A DNA stretch of 64,000 nucleotides from Mobula hypostoma (taxonomy: Eukaryota), in assembly GCF_963921235.1 (NCBI RefSeq), contig NC_086108.1:49168001-49232000 (forward strand), written 5' to 3'. The translations under genes were made by a program, and so were the position numbers. Positions 62,341-64,000 of the stretch are shown one piece after another. A model generated the notes under the pieces. It searched no databases, was not told where the DNA came from, and saw only the letters and a list, made by a program, of their open reading frames with translations. Within the stretch, counting starts at the first letter, position 1, and every line of letters starts with the position of its first letter.

Positions 62341-64000
62341 AGAAACGAGAAAATTTGCAGATGAATGGTGAAGGAGAGGTTGGGGCGAGGGGGGGGGCAT
62401 GAGCGGGAGCTCAGGAAATCGAAGCGAGCGAGCAACAGCAGCAGCATTCTGAACCAAATTTGACACAGCACAAGACATTTCACTGCATGTTGTCATGTAC
62501 TTGCAACAAATAAGACTAATCTTTAAAATGGTGAGGACTCTCTGAAATCTGGTGCTCTTTTGTAGCTCTGCAGTGAATGGAAACAACTTTCGGCCTGTGA
62601 TAGTAATTTTGGACAAATGCAAATTTTGAATTTATCTCTCCTGGAATGTTCATTTTCTGTTGGCATTATGCTTCCTGTTCGTACCTTCAGAAGTCTGATT
62701 AAAGAGTTGTTTGTTCCATTAGAAGGACAAATGTAAAATTAATCAGTTTGTACTCGGTGAACTGCTGTTCCTGGTAGAGAAACATAGCAAGGTACTATAA
62801 ACAACAATGAAAACAGTCAGACCCCCCCCCCCCCATAGCTGCAATAAATGTGTTTATTATTTCTAAGTTTTAGTAGGGTAGACAGGAGCAAGTGAAAAAT
62901 ATCTGGTTGCTCAGCCATTTGTTTTATCCCTCATTTTGCCTCTTTGTGCTAATCTTGGGTTAGTTGAGGGCTTGGCCAGGTATGGATGCTCCCAACAACT
63001 GAGTTGCCTTCTAACCAGTCTCATTTAGGCTAATTTGTGAATAAGATACAAGATATAATTGATGTCTGAAGAGCACCAGTGGAATGTTAGTCTGATATAG
63101 GCCTTTCAAAAGAAAAGCAGGAAGAAAAACCAGTGAAAAGACAGATAGCGTTCCTTTAAGTTGTCACGTAAGCATGTCATTTGTGTCATAGTTTAGTTGC
63201 CTGGCCCGTCCCCCATTCTGTCCTCTGTTGTCTTCCATGTCATATTCTTGCAAAAGAAAGACTAATAACCTTCAATCTCCCAAAAAACACATATTCAAGA
63301 TCTTAGATGAACACATTGCAACACTACTTATGTGACGATCAGTAGTAGAGGTCTCTCTTTAAAGTTGTATCAGATAAGATTGTATTACTTTGTAGATGGT
63401 TGAAGCTATGCTCACCATTTGGTGGACCAGACATAACAAAGCTGCAAGCTAAACTGTTTTCAGTTTTTGGAAGAAAGCTCAGTAAAGGCAAAAGCTGATC
63501 TCACTACTTTCATCTTGTGCAGATTTTCATCAGGTCTGTTGTCTGCATCTTGCCTGAAACTTTGATGCTCCAGTACTATCTTTTTACTTCCTTTATGATT
63601 CCAACCAGCTGCTGAAATGGAATAAACAAAATGTAACTGTCAGAGGAACCAGGATGAAAGGTAGACTGCCTGAATTTCACTTTTAAAGTCACTACTCCAA
63701 ATGGTGTTCAAATATTATTTTTAAATACAAAGTTAATTTGCGAATATAATGGTATTTATGACTTGAATATTTTTTCATGCCATCATTGATGTACTTGTGC
63801 ATCTTGTGTAGCATTGGTTGGCAAGGTAGGTATTCAGGCTTTCAAGGGTGAGCTGTGAATGAGTAACTTGAGAATGAATATCTGAATCTTTGCAGATATC
63901 ATAATTGTCACAGTGGACCTTGTCACAAATTTTCCTGCTTGGTCATTGCCGTGTTATGGACTTTTTGTTAACTGAAGTATGAATCATGGTTATCAAAGTT

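Larger units (their letters stand above)
32870..64000 (+). other. lamc1: lamc1 intron 1 (runs past the window end)
   Basis: Canonical donor. The expected next-exon peptide (KAFDITYVRLKFHTSRPESF) was not seen downstream, and the region is repeat-dominated. Confidence 0.75.

Noticed and set aside
62182..62622. 146-aa minus-strand ORF
   Set aside because: Spans a LINE 3'UTR and a simple G-rich tract; no recognisable motif.
1..64000. CRISPR arrays, operons, rRNA/tRNA genes or a prokaryotic/viral defence-type system
   Set aside because: No regularly spaced repeat-spacer array, no gene-dense operon structure and no complete tRNA/rRNA seen. The only tRNA-related sequences are the PBS and a SINE head.

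Overview
Eukaryotic, AT-rich, CpG-depleted vertebrate DNA. The repeat content (CR1, Rex1/Babar, HE1-like V-SINE, Penelope-type termini, Tx1) points to a cartilaginous fish, probably a ray or skate (inference). The only confidently identified host gene is laminin gamma-1 (lamc1). Its first coding exon (32500-32869, +) lies in a CpG-rich island, and the remaining ~31 kb appears to be intron 1, with no exon 2 seen. The rest is mostly transposable elements. These include a young, compact, full-length Gypsy LTR retrotransposon (1672-6039, minus strand, 287-bp LTRs, AGAC TSD, tRNA-Trp PBS, intact gag, frameshifted pol), a near-full-length CR1, many CR1 and Rex1 fragments (some nested three deep), a full-length decayed Tc1, internally deleted Tigger/pogo and hAT-Charlie/Buster elements, and MITEs. 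The most interesting signals are (1) short Penelope-like inverted-terminus elements carrying degenerate minimal hammerhead-ribozyme motifs, one flanked by a perfect 14-bp TSD, (2) a G GGA AAC slippery site plus predicted pseudoknot overlapping a TGATG stop-start at the Gypsy gag-pol junction, and (3) large foldback palindromes in two DNA transposons. I cannot support a wholly new biological system from the sequence alone.
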